The notes: a model not told the origin generated them from the letters alone. Positions 1 to 11,661 are shown, counted from the stretch's first letter. The stretch is DNA of 64,000 bases from an uncultured Acidobacteriota bacterium (GCA_963809485.1 CAWEJX010000021.1:96001-160000); one strand, 5' to 3'. A program made the numbers and translations.

Positions 1-70
1 AAAGGATGGAGATCAGTTCCTCGTTGCTCAGCCGTTCCATATGCTGCCGTATATCATTCACTTTGGTCAT
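1..70 (-). CDS. N-terminus of a hypothetical protein running off the window edge (MTKVNDIRQHMERLSNEELISIL...)
   Basis: ATG at 70 preceded by GGGGGGTAGG, an RBS-like sequence; the frame stays open to the edge. Confidence 0.5.
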   Translation of the reverse strand, partial: MTKVNDIRQHMERLSNEELISIL

Positions 71-197
71 CCTACCCCCCCTTCCCATGCAGCCGTCTTG
101 TGCCGGCCTTTCGTATAGTGTACAACATGGTGCAATAATGCTGTGATGCACCCCAAATCCATATCTGGCAACAGGCCCACTGCGGGAATGGGGGGAT

Positions 198-473
198 TTG
201 GGAGGACTTAGGAAGATTTCTCGGTGGATGTGCTCGATTGCATTGCCTGGATTCCTGACAATAACCAGCTTTATGTTTGGCGCCGGTGAGGACACCGGCG
301 GGTTGATTATGTTGCCGGATTCCGGTTGCGCCGACTTGCAGGATGTTTCTATCCCGGCCTCGGCAATCGGCCTCCCCAGTTCAGGCGCCGTAGTCAAGAC
401 AGCCACGCTGGTATCAGCGACAGCCGCTCACAACGTCAACGGTGAGTTCTGCACCGTAATCGGGAGCTCTTAA
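198..473 (+). pseudogene. N-terminal fragment of a tannase/feruloyl esterase family protein
   Basis: CADLQDVSIPASAIGLPSSGAVVKTATLV...NGEFCTVIG resembles the tannase-family N-terminus; it stops after 91 aa with no catalytic domain. Confidence 0.55.
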
Positions 474-588
474 TCCGGCGAGTTTAACGAAATCCGGCAT
501 GGGAACGGAAAATAAGGCTGATAGTTACACCTGCACTTCAAGGACCCAATGAGGATCTCCCGGTAACGGTTTACATTATGAATACACT

Positions 589-783
589 GGTACCTTCTCA
601 GCTCTGCCGGGGGACTCACGGAGTTTGACAGTTCCAGGATCGTTGAACGCCGACGTACACTGACAAAACACTGACGAACGCTGATTCCTGAGGCAACGGC
701 CGGCGGCTAGAGGCAGTGTAGCTCATCCAACCGCTTTGAGCAGAAAACAATCAAGTTTCCGGCTCTGTCGGAGGCAGTCGACT
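589..783 (+). mobile_element. Non-autonomous IS200/IS605-like miniature element, copy 1 (~195 bp)
   Basis: Left end GCTCTGCCGGGGGACTCACGGAGTTTGACAGTTCCAGG and right end CCGCTTTGAGC...TTTCCGGCTCTGTCGGAGGCAGTCGACT; homologous to copies at 13048, 38822 and 61347. Confidence 0.7.
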
Positions 784-792
784 GTCGAAGTC

Positions 793-830
793 TTCTGCGG
801 TTCGACATTCGAAGTTCGATATTCAATATT
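793..830. repeat. Heptamer-like dispersed repeat TTCTGCGGTTCGACATTCGAAGTTCGATATTCA
   Basis: 33 nt with 2 mismatches to 17576-17608. Confidence 0.7.
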
Positions 831-933
831 TCTTATCTTCCGCTTGCAGTCAGAACAGCGGGTAAAACGCGTGCTCCAGTACTTGCCAAACGGAAACGGC
901 CACACCGGCAGAGCCCGGGGATCTCCCGATGGA

Positions 934-1504
934 TCAGTAGAGCTTAAAGAACAATGTCCTCCCGCGCCCGGTGGCGCCTCCTGTATCCGGATCGAATACC
1001 ATCATGGGTTTACTGTCTTTGCGATCTACCGCAAACGCAACCCATCCTTCGACGGAACTAGCCCGGTTTGATCTTGCCGACCAAAGCAGGCTGGGGCACT
1101 GTTACCGATACCCTCGGGTATTCGGTCAAATCCGACGCCAGGGCGACCCACTGAAGCGGAGCGTCGCCGAGATCAAAGAGGAGGGTGTCGGTGACGGCTC
1201 TCCCTTTAAAATCGAATTTGATGCGGGCCAGGATGTATTCAAAACCCTCGGCCGGCGCAGCGTTGCCCGCGCTGGCCGCTTTCAGCCGGTTCATTGCTTC
1301 CGCGCCGCGAACCGCCTCAAGAACGGTGATGGTGATATCGTAAATGTTCGCATAGACGGACCCGAGTTCCACCATGGAACGCACGGGCGCGCCGATCGCG
1401 GCCGGGTTGGTCGATGAATTATCCTGCGCTATTGCGGGATGGAGAGATGCTGCAGCCATCGACAGCAATAGGGCGGTACAAAGCACAGCAGATTTGTTTT
1501 TCAT
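934..1504 (-). CDS. Secreted hypothetical protein (DUF4352-like/Ig-like by appearance); one frameshift near 1058
   Basis: Signal peptide MKNKSAVLCTALLLSMAAASLHPAIA. After KIKPG an adjacent frame continues SSVEGWVAFAVDRKDSKPMMVFDPDTGGATGRGRTLFFKLY* to 934. Starts 13 bp after the upstream gene. Confidence 0.7.
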
Positions 1505-1517
1505 GCGATCTCTACTC

Positions 1518-3299
1518 CTATCTCCATTGATCCACGGAAGCGCTGCCCGCGTAACCGAAATCCCCGCCAGACCAGAAGGTGTTTGTTCCTCCTCCGGTGA
1601 CCACAATCTCGATTGAAGTGGTGGGTTCGTTGGTATCCTTCGACGCTATGAATGCGGCATTCCTTGTTACACGGCCGCTCCTGGTGTAGCGGGACGCGGG
1701 GACAACCGCTCCCTGGCCCTGCTTCAGCCAGCCGGCGTATGGTTCCACTCCCGACTGGGCCTGCTTCAGCTCATTCGGATGCTGGGACCAGTACAACCAC
1801 CCCGGTGTGCCCGTTTTTTCAGCAAGCCATTTGGCGAAGGCTTCCTTGGTGGGATGGCCGTTGGAAGCCACATCCGCCGCGACAATAGGATCGAGAACAA
1901 GCGTGGCCTGAGAGGTGCCGAAGGAGAAGAAATGCTCCAGCCATCCGCGGATGACCTCGTGTTGCGGCAGCGGCGAATACCAGGCGATGTCGCTCATACT
2001 CCATCCGCTGAAGAGGCTGACAGCGCTATCCGATTTCTTGAATCCTTTCTGCACATGCAGCGGATTCCAGCCGGCAGGCAATCCATCTTCCGTCTCCGGG
2101 AAACAGAGGTTGCCGTAATTCAGGGGATTCCCCTGGCTGCCCAGGTAGGTTTCACCGGGTTTCCCCGAGCCCCCGAGGTTTTTGGAGATCAGCGTCCAGC
2201 ACCGGCCGATGGAAGAATTGGCGCGGCTCATTGGTCCAAGAGCGCCGATCCCCGTGTTCATATCGATCTCCTTGACCACGGGACCATTCACCACGACCAT
2301 TCTGGCGAAAGAGGAAGTGGAGCTGAACAGCGAAGTGAGCCCTTTGGATGCGATAGCCAGGATGGTTGGAAAATATTCCGGCTTCGCGCCCGCCATCACC
2401 GCATTCACGGCGACCATTTCAACGGTGTAATACCAGGCCTCGTGTGGAGGGGAGGGCCGCATCTGGCCGACCCATTCATCCGGCTTGCGGCTCGTGGCTT
2501 TCAGCATTTCTGCAACCTTCTTCTCGGTTGGCAGGATGACTGGATTCCCGTCCGTAAAGTTCTGTGCATGGAATAATGCCATGAGCTTGTCGGCGGTATT
2601 GGGTTCCAGAAGCCTGGGCCGCGGATCTCTTTTGAGAAATCCCGCTTTGCTGTCTTCGGCCGAAAGCTGCTTTGTCAATCCCTCGTAGATTTCATCGAGC
2701 ATGGGCTTGCCGGTCTCCGGATCATTGCCCGCGATATACTTGCGGCACAGGTCGGCCGGCCGGTCCGTGATCGGGTGAGGCGTGTAGGTAATCCGCATAT
2801 TGGGGATTCCCTTTTTATACGAGATCGTGGTTACGAGCTCCTTGAACCTCTGCGTGATCATCGGTACGGAAGGAACGCCCATTCTTTCCAAGGTCACTGC
2901 ATGGCCGACGACCGCCGGCGAGCAGCTGCTTCAATGCCCCAGCAAAACGATGGCGGCGGCATTTTTTGCTTTGATTTCCTTCCACAAGTTCGGGTCGTCA
3001 TCCATGTAACCCGCGATCTTATCCCGCAGCACCCATGTGGTCTTGGGATATTTGGCTTGCAGCGCAGCAAACAGCTCGTTAACAAAAGGTTTTGTGTTCG
3101 GATACTTGGTATCCACGATGTACACGGTCCTGCCGTCCAGCGTTGCCGGACGCGTCGCCATGGGAATCTTGCGTATTTCAGGCTGAATGCCCCGCGGATT
3201 CATCACGACAATTTTTTCTTCATCCGCCGCCCATCCGAACGATGAAGCGAACGTCGCAATCAGCACAGCTATCAGAATGCCAGCCGCCTTAATTTTCAT
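1518..3299 (-). CDS. Probable selenoprotein, UGSC-like family, 593 aa, Sec at residue 123 (H-U-S-S-C), with N-terminal signal peptide
   Basis: ORFs 2931..3299 and 1518..2897 share a frame and are separated only by TGA at 2931-2933: ...AIVLLGH-U-SSCSPAVVGHAVTLERMGVP. A hairpin follows; paralog at 61490-63259. Confidence 0.85.
2897..2925 (-). promoter_or_regulatory. Putative bacterial SECIS element
   Basis: CUGC-UC-GCCGGC-[GGUC]-GUCGGC-CAU-GCAG; the G-initiated loop begins after 17 nt 3' of the UGA. Confidence 0.7.
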
Positions 3300-3606
3300 G
3301 AAAACTCCCCTCCCGCACAGAACAGATGGAAACTACAGATTTCATACCGGCACCGGATCAAATTCCGCTCTTAGCAATAAAGTTCCGGTTTCCCTAACAT
3401 ATCCTTTTTCCCTATACAGACTCAATACTCTTGTTGGATCACGAGCATCATTCACCCCATAGCCTTGTTAACGAACGGCTGCCAATTCGTTCTGACAAAG
3501 CTTCCCTCCCGGGAGATCAAAGATGCCTTCGATTCGAATCTCGAGTAATATTAAGCAGGCGGGCTACAATGCGTTATAATATACATAGGGAGCTAACCGT
3601 AAAACC

Positions 3607-5038
3607 GTGAAATCACGCTCGATTCGCATTCTGCTATCACTTGCAGGTCTAGCGGCGCTGACGTTTGCGGCACACAACATTTTTCAGGTGAACGCAACAA
3701 CGGCGGGTTTCGGATACCTGTTGGTTGTGCTCGTGGTCGCAAGCAGCTGGGGATTTATCGAGGCATCCATTACCTCCATCGCGGCGACCCTCGCATTTAA
3801 CTTTTTTTTCTTCCCTCCGGTTGGCACCTTCAACATTGCGGATGCCCACAATTGGGTGGCTTTGTTCAGCTTTCTTGTCACCTCGCTGATTGCCAGCCGA
3901 CTGTCGACCAAGGCGAAAATGAAGGCTTTGGATGCGATCGAGCGACAGCAGGATATCGAGAGGCTTTATGCATTCAGCCGTGCCCTTCTTCTGATAGATA
4001 ACTCAGAACCGTTTGGAGCCCAACTCATCCGAAAACTGGCGGATATTTTCCAGCTGAACGCAGCGGCCCTTTACGATCGTCGATCCGGAAATTTCTTCCG
4101 TGCAGGATCATCGGAGTCTTGAAGTCCATGGATGCCCAGCTGCGTGAAACGGCATTGGACAACATCCCCGATTCAAACATCCAGCCGAACTACTTGCTGA
4201 CGCCTGTAAGGTTGGGCACCGATCCGATCGCTAGTCTCGCCGTTCAGGGTCCAAGGATGTCCGATTCCGTTCTGCAAGGCATCGCGAATCTTGTAGCCAT
4301 AGGCCTGGAACGGGCAAGATCCCAGGATCTTGCCCAGCAGATAGAGGCAGCGCGACAAAGCGAACAATTGCGAACCACGCTCATCGACGCCATGGCTCAC
4401 GAGTTCAAGACTCCTCTCACATCCATAAAGGCCGCGACTACAGGGCTCCTCGCAAATCCGCGGACAGCTGACGGAAAGCCAGGTAGAGCTGCTCGATATT
4501 GCCGACGAGGACGCGGACCATTTGAAGGAACTCATCGATGACACGGTAGACATGGCACGCCTGGACACGGCTCATATAGAAATCAATCCCGAAATTTCGG
4601 ATATACTGGAGATTGTCCATGAGGTGGTTCATTCGCTGAGAACCGAACTCGAAGGGCGTCTTCTGGAAATATCTCCTGATGAAGGGAATCCGGAAAAGCG
4701 CTTTTGATCGGCGGCTGTTGAGGCTGGCAATAAAACAGTTGATTGACAATGCCGCGAAATATTCCCCGGCAGGCACGCCCCTGGAAATTCGAGTGCAACA
4801 GGATGAGAACACAATTAGTGTGGATGTCACCGATCATGGGAAAGGAATACCTGAGCGGGAACAGAAACGCATTTTTGAGCGGTTTTTCAGAAGTCCCTCC
4901 ATACGGCAGCAGATACCGGGCTCCGGCCTCGGACTGAGTATTGCCCACAGCATATTGCAGGCCCATCATGGAGATTTGACCGTAACGAGCCAACCCGGCA
5001 GGACAACATTTCATTTGACCCTGCCGGCAGAAATATAA
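3607..5038 (+). CDS. kdpD: Membrane/kinase portion of a split KdpD (4-TM DUF4118, GAF-like, HisKA, HATPase); frameshifts near 4117, 4470 and 4685
   Basis: AFNFFFFPPVGTFNIAD TM motif, H-box AMAHEFKTPLTSIK, N-box LIDNAAKYS, G-box GSGLGLSI; lacks the N-terminal KdpD and Usp domains. Confidence 0.8.
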
Positions 5039-5050
5039 AGGAGAATCCGG

Positions 5051-5749
5051 TTGAGCGCAGGTCGCATTCTGGTAATTGACGACGAACCTCAGATCCGGCG
5101 TCTGATGCGGACGACACTGATCGGTGCCGGATACGAAGTGGAGGATGCCAGGACGGGAGAAGAAGGTCTCGAAAAGGTGAACACCTACCATCCGGATCTC
5201 GTGCTGCTGGATATCAATATGCCGGGGATGGGGGGCTTTCTAACCTGCGAAGCCCTGCGGGAAGACAAAAATATCGCCATTATTATGCTCACCGTGCGGG
5301 ATTCCGAGGCGGACAAGGTTGCGGCGCTGGATGCCGGCGCCGATGATTTTGTCACAAAGCCTTTCAGCACTCCGGAGCTGCTGGCCCGGATACGTGCGGC
5401 CCTCCGGCGGGTGCCGTCGCCTCAGGCATCTCCTGAAAAAATCCAGATAGGCCGTCTTGTCATTGATTTCACGGCCAGAACCGTTTCCAAAGGAGACAGA
5501 CCCGTTCATCTGACGCCCAAAGAACTGGATTTGCTCCGATACTTTACGTTGCATCCAAATCACGTGATTTCACATCGGGAGCTTCTGCAGGCAGTTTGGG
5601 GCCCCGATTACGGCAATCAGGTTGATTATCTCCGGGTGTTCATCAAGAATCTGCGAAAGAAGATTGAACTCAATCCCGATAGCCCCGAATACATCCTGAC
5701 CGAACCTTGGGTGGGCTACCGGTTCAACAGTCCCCCCCAATCTTCATAA
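5051..5749 (+). CDS. kdpE: OmpR-family response regulator KdpE
   Basis: Receiver ILVIDDEPQIRR...DLVLLDINMP and wHTH YLRVFIKNLRKKIE...TEPWVGYRF; adjacent to kdp genes. Confidence 0.9.
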   Translation: MSAGRILVIDDEPQIRRLMRTTLIGAGYEVEDARTGEEGLEKVNTYHPDLVLLDINMPGMGGFLTCEALREDKNIAIIMLTVRDSEADKVAALDAGADDFVTKPFSTPELLARIRAALRRVPSPQASPEKIQIGRLVIDFTARTVSKGDRPVHLTPKELDLLRYFTLHPNHVISHRELLQAVWGPDYGNQVDYLRVFIKNLRKKIELNPDSPEYILTEPWVGYRFNSPPQSS

Positions 5750-5806
5750 AATCTTCACGGATTATCCATAGCTTTTTCCGGGCATCTCTACGGGATCTTC
5801 ATGCTG
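5741..5806 (+). promoter_or_regulatory. Six phased 11-bp direct repeats (TCTTCA-like), candidate KdpE-binding array
   Basis: Units start at 5741, 5752, 5763, 5774, 5785 and 5796; a TATGCT -10-like hexamer is at 5814-5819. Confidence 0.55.
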
Positions 5807-5838
5807 TCTGGCGTATGCTTTTTGCGGAGCGAAAAGCA

Positions 5839-5922
5839 ATGCTTGATCTTTTCTATCTTGCGGTCGGCTGCATGGTCTTAGCGATTTTCTGGGCTTTGGC
5901 GAAAGCTTGCGACAAGCTCTAG
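5839..5922 (+). CDS. 27-aa hydrophobic kdp-associated peptide (MLDLFYLAVGCMVLAIFWALAKACDKL)
   Basis: GGAG RBS, single TM helix, CDKL C-terminus; lies directly before kdpF. Confidence 0.7.
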   Translation: MLDLFYLAVGCMVLAIFWALAKACDKL

Positions 5923-5933
5923 GGAGAAATGCC

Positions 5934-6017
5934 ATGGATTGCCTCATTACCGGTCTTGCCTCTGCTGGTCTCTTTATCTACCTGCTGTATGCGCTCCTGA
6001 AACCTGAGCGCTTTTAA
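5934..6017 (+). CDS. kdpF: KdpF (MDCLITGLASAGLFIYLLYALLKPERF)
   Basis: YLLYALLKPERF signature; GGGAG RBS; directly before kdpA; below the ORF-track cutoff. Confidence 0.9.
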   Translation: MDCLITGLASAGLFIYLLYALLKPERF

Positions 6018-6027
6018 GGAGGATGCC

Positions 6028-7795
6028 ATGACTGGCCAGGGTGTGCTCCAGATAATGGTTTATTGTGTTGTTCTTCTTGCCCTGACGAAGCCTCTCGGCG
6101 CTTACATGGCACGGGTATACGGAGGAGAGAGAACATTCCTGCATCCAGTCCTCCATCGCCTGGAACGATTGGTATACGCCCTGGCTGGAGTTAAGGATAA
6201 GACGGAGCAGCGCTGGACCCAGTATGCAGCCTCACTCCTGGCATTCAGCATGGTTTGCTTCGTCCTGACTTATTTGATCCAGCGTTTTCAGGGACTATTG
6301 CCACTGAACCCCGCGGGGTTCGGATCGAGGCAGGCTACGCCGGACCTGGCTTTCAACACAGCCGTCAGCTTCATGACGAACACAAACTGGCAATCCTATC
6401 GGGGGCGAGACGACCTTGAGTTATTTTGTCCAGATGGCTGCATTGACGGTACAGAATTTTGCATCGGCCGCTGCTGGAATGTGCGTCGCAATAGCCCTGA
6501 TCAGGGGTTTTGTTCGGCGGCAGCAGAACACCATCGGGAACTTCTGGGTCGACCTTGTGCGAGGAATTGTTTATATCCTTTTGCCACTCGCTTTGATCGG
6601 AGCTCTTTTTCTCTGCTCCCAGGGTGTGGTTCAAAACTTCAATGCGTTCACAACCGCTAGGACACTTGAAGGCAGCATCCAAACAATTGCGCAGGGGCCC
6701 GCGGCTTCCCAGGTTTCCATCAAGCAGTTGGGTACAAATGGGGGCGGCTTTTTCAACGCCAACTCCGCTCATCCTTATGAGAACCCGACTCCCCTCGCCA
6801 ATTTCGTGGAAACTCTATTCATTCTATTGATACCCGCCGGGCTGGTTTACACCTTCGGAATCATGGTAGGAGACACCCGCCAGGGATGGGCTCTTTATGC
6901 TGCAATGAGTCTTTTGTTTCTTGCCGGCGTTTTCATCTGTTACCCGGCCGAACAATCGGGCAATGCCAATCTACCCGCATTGGGGGTTCAAAACGATCCC
7001 GCCTACTTGCAGCCCGGCGGCAATATGGAGGGCAAGGAGGTGCGCTTCGGCATCGCCCCCTCGGCGCTTTGGGCGGTAGCAACCACGGCGGCAAGCAATG
7101 GCAGCATCAACAGCATGCTGGACAGTTTTACGCCACTCGGCGGATTGATCCCGCTGTTCAACATTCAAACGGGCGAAGTCATCTTTGGCGGCGCCGGAGC
7201 AGGTCTATATGGAATGCTCCTGTTCGCCATTCTTGCCGTCTTCATTGCGGGCCTCATGGTCGGACGCACGCCGGAATATCTTGGCAAAAAGATCGAAGGC
7301 AAGGAAGTCAAAATGGCAATGCTCGCTCTGATTGCTTGCGCCGTCGGAATTCTTGTATTTACCGCGATCAGCGCACAAATCGACTTTGCCAAAAACAGTT
7401 ACTGGAACAGCCCGGGAGCGGCCGCGGAGAACTTGTCGAATAGCGGCCCGCACGGACTTTCGGAAATGCTCTATGCCTACTCGAGCGCTACCGGCAATAA
7501 TGGCAGCGCTTTCGCCGGACTGAATTCAAATACTCCCTGGTACAACCTGACTACGGGTCTGGCAATGCTCATCGGGCGCTTTCTCGTAATTATCCCGATG
7601 CTGGCAATAGCCGGAAACCTGGCAATGAAAAAAGCCGTGCCCGCAACAAGCGGGACAATTCCAACCCATGGCCCACTCTTCGTCGGTCTGCTGGTGGGCA
7701 CCGTGGTCATTGTAGGAGCGTTGACTTTCTTCCCGGCTCTCTCTCTGACACCCATTGTTGAGCATTTGCTGATGAATAGCGGTCATCTTTTCTAA
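6028..7795 (+). CDS. kdpA: K+-transporting ATPase subunit A; frameshift near 6400
   Basis: [47 protein letters not shown]. Confidence 0.93.
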
Positions 7796-7820
7796 TCGAT
7801 CTCCAAATGGGGATGAAATA

Positions 7821-9953
7821 ATGGCTACCAGGACTGCCACTCCAAGACCCAAACAGCTGGTTCCTCAGAATGAACCTGCTTCACTGCTTCCCGAAAAGCT
7901 TGTCAGATCACGGCCGCTCTTTGATACTGAGATCGTGATGCGTGCCATCCGTGCATCCTTTCTGAAACTGAATCCGGTCACCCTGGTGAGGAATCCAGTG
8001 ATCTTCGTGGCTGAAGTCGGCGCTGCCCTGATCACAATGTTCCTGATTCGTGATTTCATCACAGGCGGTTCGGGAATCGGGTTCTCATTCCAGATCTCCC
8101 TATGGCTCTGGTTCACGGTGCTGTTTGCCAACTTTGCTGAGGCAATGGCCGAAGCACGCGGAAAGGCTCAGGCTGACGCTCTCCGGAAAACAAAAACGGA
8201 TGCGCCGGCAAAGAAGTTGGGATCCGGTGGGAAGGTATTGCAAGTCCCCAGTTCCGCATTGCGAGCCGGGGATGTGGTGCTCTGCGAGGCGGGCGACCTG
8301 ATTCCGGGAGACGGAGAGGTGATCGAAGGTATCGCAACGGTTGATGAATCCGTGATTACGGGTGAAAGTGCACCCGTCATTCGCGAATCGGGAGGTGACC
8401 GCAGCGCCGTGACCGGCGGCACCAAGGTGCTATCGGACAAGATCAAAGTCCGTATTACCTCAAATCCGGGAGAAACGTTTCTGGATCGCATGATTGCACT
8501 GGTCGAGGGCGCGGAGCGGCAGAAGACTCCCAATGAAATCGCCCTGAATATCCTGATCGCGGGCCTGACTCTGATATTCCTGCTGGCGGTTGTTACGCTC
8601 CAGCCTTATGCGGTTTTCAGCGTTGCGCAATCAGGCAGGGGAACGGTTCCGAGCGTGACTGTTCTGGTTTCTTTGCTTGTCTGTCTGATACCTACGACCA
8701 TCGGGGGGCTTTTATCCGCCATCGGCATCGCCGGCATGGACCGGGTCATGCAGCACAACGTGCTGGCGCTTAGCGGCAAGGCGGTTGAAGCTGCGGGAGA
8801 TGTCAACTCTCTCCTGCTGGACAAAACCGGGACCATTACGCTCGGGAATCGGCAGGCTGTTGAGTTTCTTTCCCGTTAACGGCATCAGCGCAGCCGAACT
8901 GGCGGATGCCGCTCAATTGTCCAGCCTGGCTGACGAGACGCCCGAAGGCCGTTCCATCGTTGTGCTTGCGAAAGAGAAATATGGCCTTCGGGGCCGGCAT
9001 ATTCCCGGAAGATGACGCGAATTCATCCCCTTCTCTGCCTTTACGCGCATGAGCGGTGTCGATTTCGAAGGGTCGCCGCCTTCGGAAAGGAGCCACGGAT
9101 GCAATCTGCAAATATGTGCGCGAAAACGGGGGACAGGTCGCCGGCGATATCCAGGAAATGAGCGATCGAATTGCGCGCAATGGAGGAACCCCGCTTGCCG
9201 TGGCCGACGGAAAACGGTTGCTTGGGATCATCCATTTGAAAGATATCGTGAAGGGCGGAATGAAGGAACGGATCAGCTCAACTGCGACGCATGGGCATTC
9301 GCACGGTCATGATTACCGGCGACAATCCGCTCACCGCGGCCGCAATCGCAGGCGAGGCCGGCGTGGATGATTTTATTGCGCAGGCAACACCAAAAGCCAA
9401 GCTCGATTACATCAAAAAAGAGCAGGCAGCCGGCCGGCTTGTCGCGATGACGGGGGATGGCACCAACGATGCCCCGGCTTTGGCGCAGGCCGACGTCGGG
9501 CTCGCGATGAATACCGGCACAATGGCTGCGAAGGAAGCAGGCAATATGGTGGATCTGGACAGCAATCCGACCAAGCTTATCGAGGTTGTTGCCATCGGGA
9601 AGCAGTTGCTGATTACCCGTGGTGCTCTGACTACTTTTTCCATCGCCAACGATATTGCCAAGTATTTCGCAATCATTCCCGCCATGTTCATGACGACCTA
9701 TCCGGCCCTCAGCGCACTAAACATAATGGGGTTGCACACTCCGCAGAGCGCGGTACTTTCAGCAGTGATCTTCAACGCGCTGATCATCATCGCGCTGGTT
9801 CCGCTTGCGCTGCGCGGGGTGAAGTATCGTCCCGTCGATGCCGCCGGCCTGCTGCGCCGGAACCTGCTGATCTATGGGCTGGGCGGAATCATCGCTCCTT
9901 TCCCTGGAATTTGGCTTATTGATCAAATCGTTCATGCGCTGGGCTGGGCCTGA
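7821..9953 (+). CDS. kdpB: K+-transporting P-type ATPase subunit B; frameshifts near 8870, 9013, 9070 and 9278
   Basis: TGES, DKTGTIT phosphorylation motif, [31 protein letters not shown] spread over successive frames. Confidence 0.92.
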
Positions 9954-9964
9954 TTGGAGAAGAT

Positions 9965-10597
9965 ATGCTAAAGCAATTGGTCCCCGGATTCCGAATTGCT
10001 CTGGTTTTGACAATCCTCACGGGCGTGCTTTATCCCGGCATCGTGACCGGGCTTTGCCAATTGCTTTTTCGCCAGCAGGCAAATGGAAGTCTGATTGTGA
10101 AGGATGGCCGTGTTGCTGGTTCCAGCCTCATCGGCCAGAACTTCACCCGGCCGGAATATTTCCATCCGCGTCCTTCTGCGGCAGGCAGCGATGGATATGA
10201 TGCTTCATCCTCCGGAGGATCGAATCTGGGTCCGACCAGCCGGAAACTGATCGATCGTATCAAGCGCGATATTGAGGTGTTCCGCAAAGAGAATCCCGAA
10301 TATCAGGGCCCGATTCCGGCTGATATCGTGACCGCATCCGGCAGTGGCCTGGATCCCCACATCAGTCCGGCATCCGCTCAGGCACAGGCGCTTCGAGTCG
10401 CAAAGGCCCGCGGAGTGTCGGCAGATCAGGTGAACCGGCTGATCGCGCAAAATATCGAAGCCCCAACGCTGGGATTCCTCGGGGATGCGCGGGTGAACGT
10501 ATTGAAGCTTAACCTTGCGCTTGACCGCATTTCCCATCGTCCGGCGCTTCCGTTGCAGGGCTATAATCCTATTTATGAGCCGCAAAATTCGACGTAA
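9965..10597 (+). CDS. kdpC: K+-transporting ATPase subunit C
   Basis: [49 protein letters not shown]. Confidence 0.93.
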   Translation: MLKQLVPGFRIALVLTILTGVLYPGIVTGLCQLLFRQQANGSLIVKDGRVAGSSLIGQNFTRPEYFHPRPSAAGSDGYDASSSGGSNLGPTSRKLIDRIKRDIEVFRKENPEYQGPIPADIVTASGSGLDPHISPASAQAQALRVAKARGVSADQVNRLIAQNIEAPTLGFLGDARVNVLKLNLALDRISHRPALPLQGYNPIYEPQNST

Positions 10598-11661
10598 GAC
10601 ACCCGATGAATTGCTGCATGAATTGCAGCCCGAAAGCTCAGGCGCGAAAGGTCACCTGAAGATATTCCTCGGATATGCATCGGGCGTCGGCAAATCATTC
10701 CGGATGCTCGATGAAGCGCGCCGGCGCAAAGAGAGAGGGCAGGACGTTGTGGTGGGGGCAGTTCAGCCGGAAGGTCTCGCCGGAAGTTCAGAAGCTATTG
10801 GATAGGCTTGAGATCGTGCCCCTGATAAAATATCCCGTCGGGCATATCCATGGATATCGACGGCATCATGACGGCGACATCCTGCCGTCTGTGTCATCGA
10901 TGGCCTCGCCTTTAACAATCCTCCGGGACTCCGCAATCCAACCCGCTGGCAGGATGCACGGGATCTGGTGAATGCCGGAATAAAGGTTCTCGGGTCCATC
11001 AACATTCAATACGTGGAAGAATTGTGCCAGACGGTGGAAGAACATAACCGGCAAACATGTGACTGAAACCGTGCCTGTATCCTTCATAAAGAGCGCCGAC
11101 GAAATTGAAATCGTGGATGCTCCGCCAGAAGAGCCGATCGAGAGATCGCCGGAGCAACAGACGAAGACAGAGGTTCGCCAGCAACAGCTTTCTGTTTTGC
11201 GGGAATTGGCCCTCGTTCTGGCGGCAGATGTTGTCGATTGCCAGCTGAGCGATTATCTGGAGAAGCACGGAATAAGGCAAAGCTTCGGAGCACAGGAAAG
11301 AATTCTTGTCTGCATCACCCCGCGCGCGAATGCCAGGGAGATGATCGAAACTGCCCGAATGATTGCGGAAAAATTCCATGCGGAAATGACTGTGGCCTAT
11401 GTGAAACAGGCGGAGCTTTCAGAAGAAGATCAAGCGGCGCTTGAAGAAAAACTTGCGCTGGCAAGGTCGGCAAAAGCACAGATAGAAATTCTGGAAGGAG
11501 AGGATGCGGTAGAGGCGATACTCCATTATGCAAATTCCCATGCCATTACGCAGCTCTTCGTCGGGCACACTCAGAGCACAAGAAAATGGCCCTGGAGTGA
11601 TCCGGTCGAGAAACTGATCCGTCGATCGCATGGTATGGATCTGCGCATCTTTCCACAGTGA
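10575..11661 (+). CDS. Stand-alone KdpD N-terminal + Usp protein, copy 1 (divergent); frameshifted between ~10770 and 11045
   Basis: [53 protein letters not shown], then a Usp-like ERILVCITP...ITQLFVGH. Confidence 0.75.

Noticed and set aside
1058-1060. TAG ending the 182-aa ORF as possible pyrrolysine
   Set aside because: The in-frame continuation is not protein-like, while an adjacent frame gives a sensible C-terminus; a one-base indel explains it.
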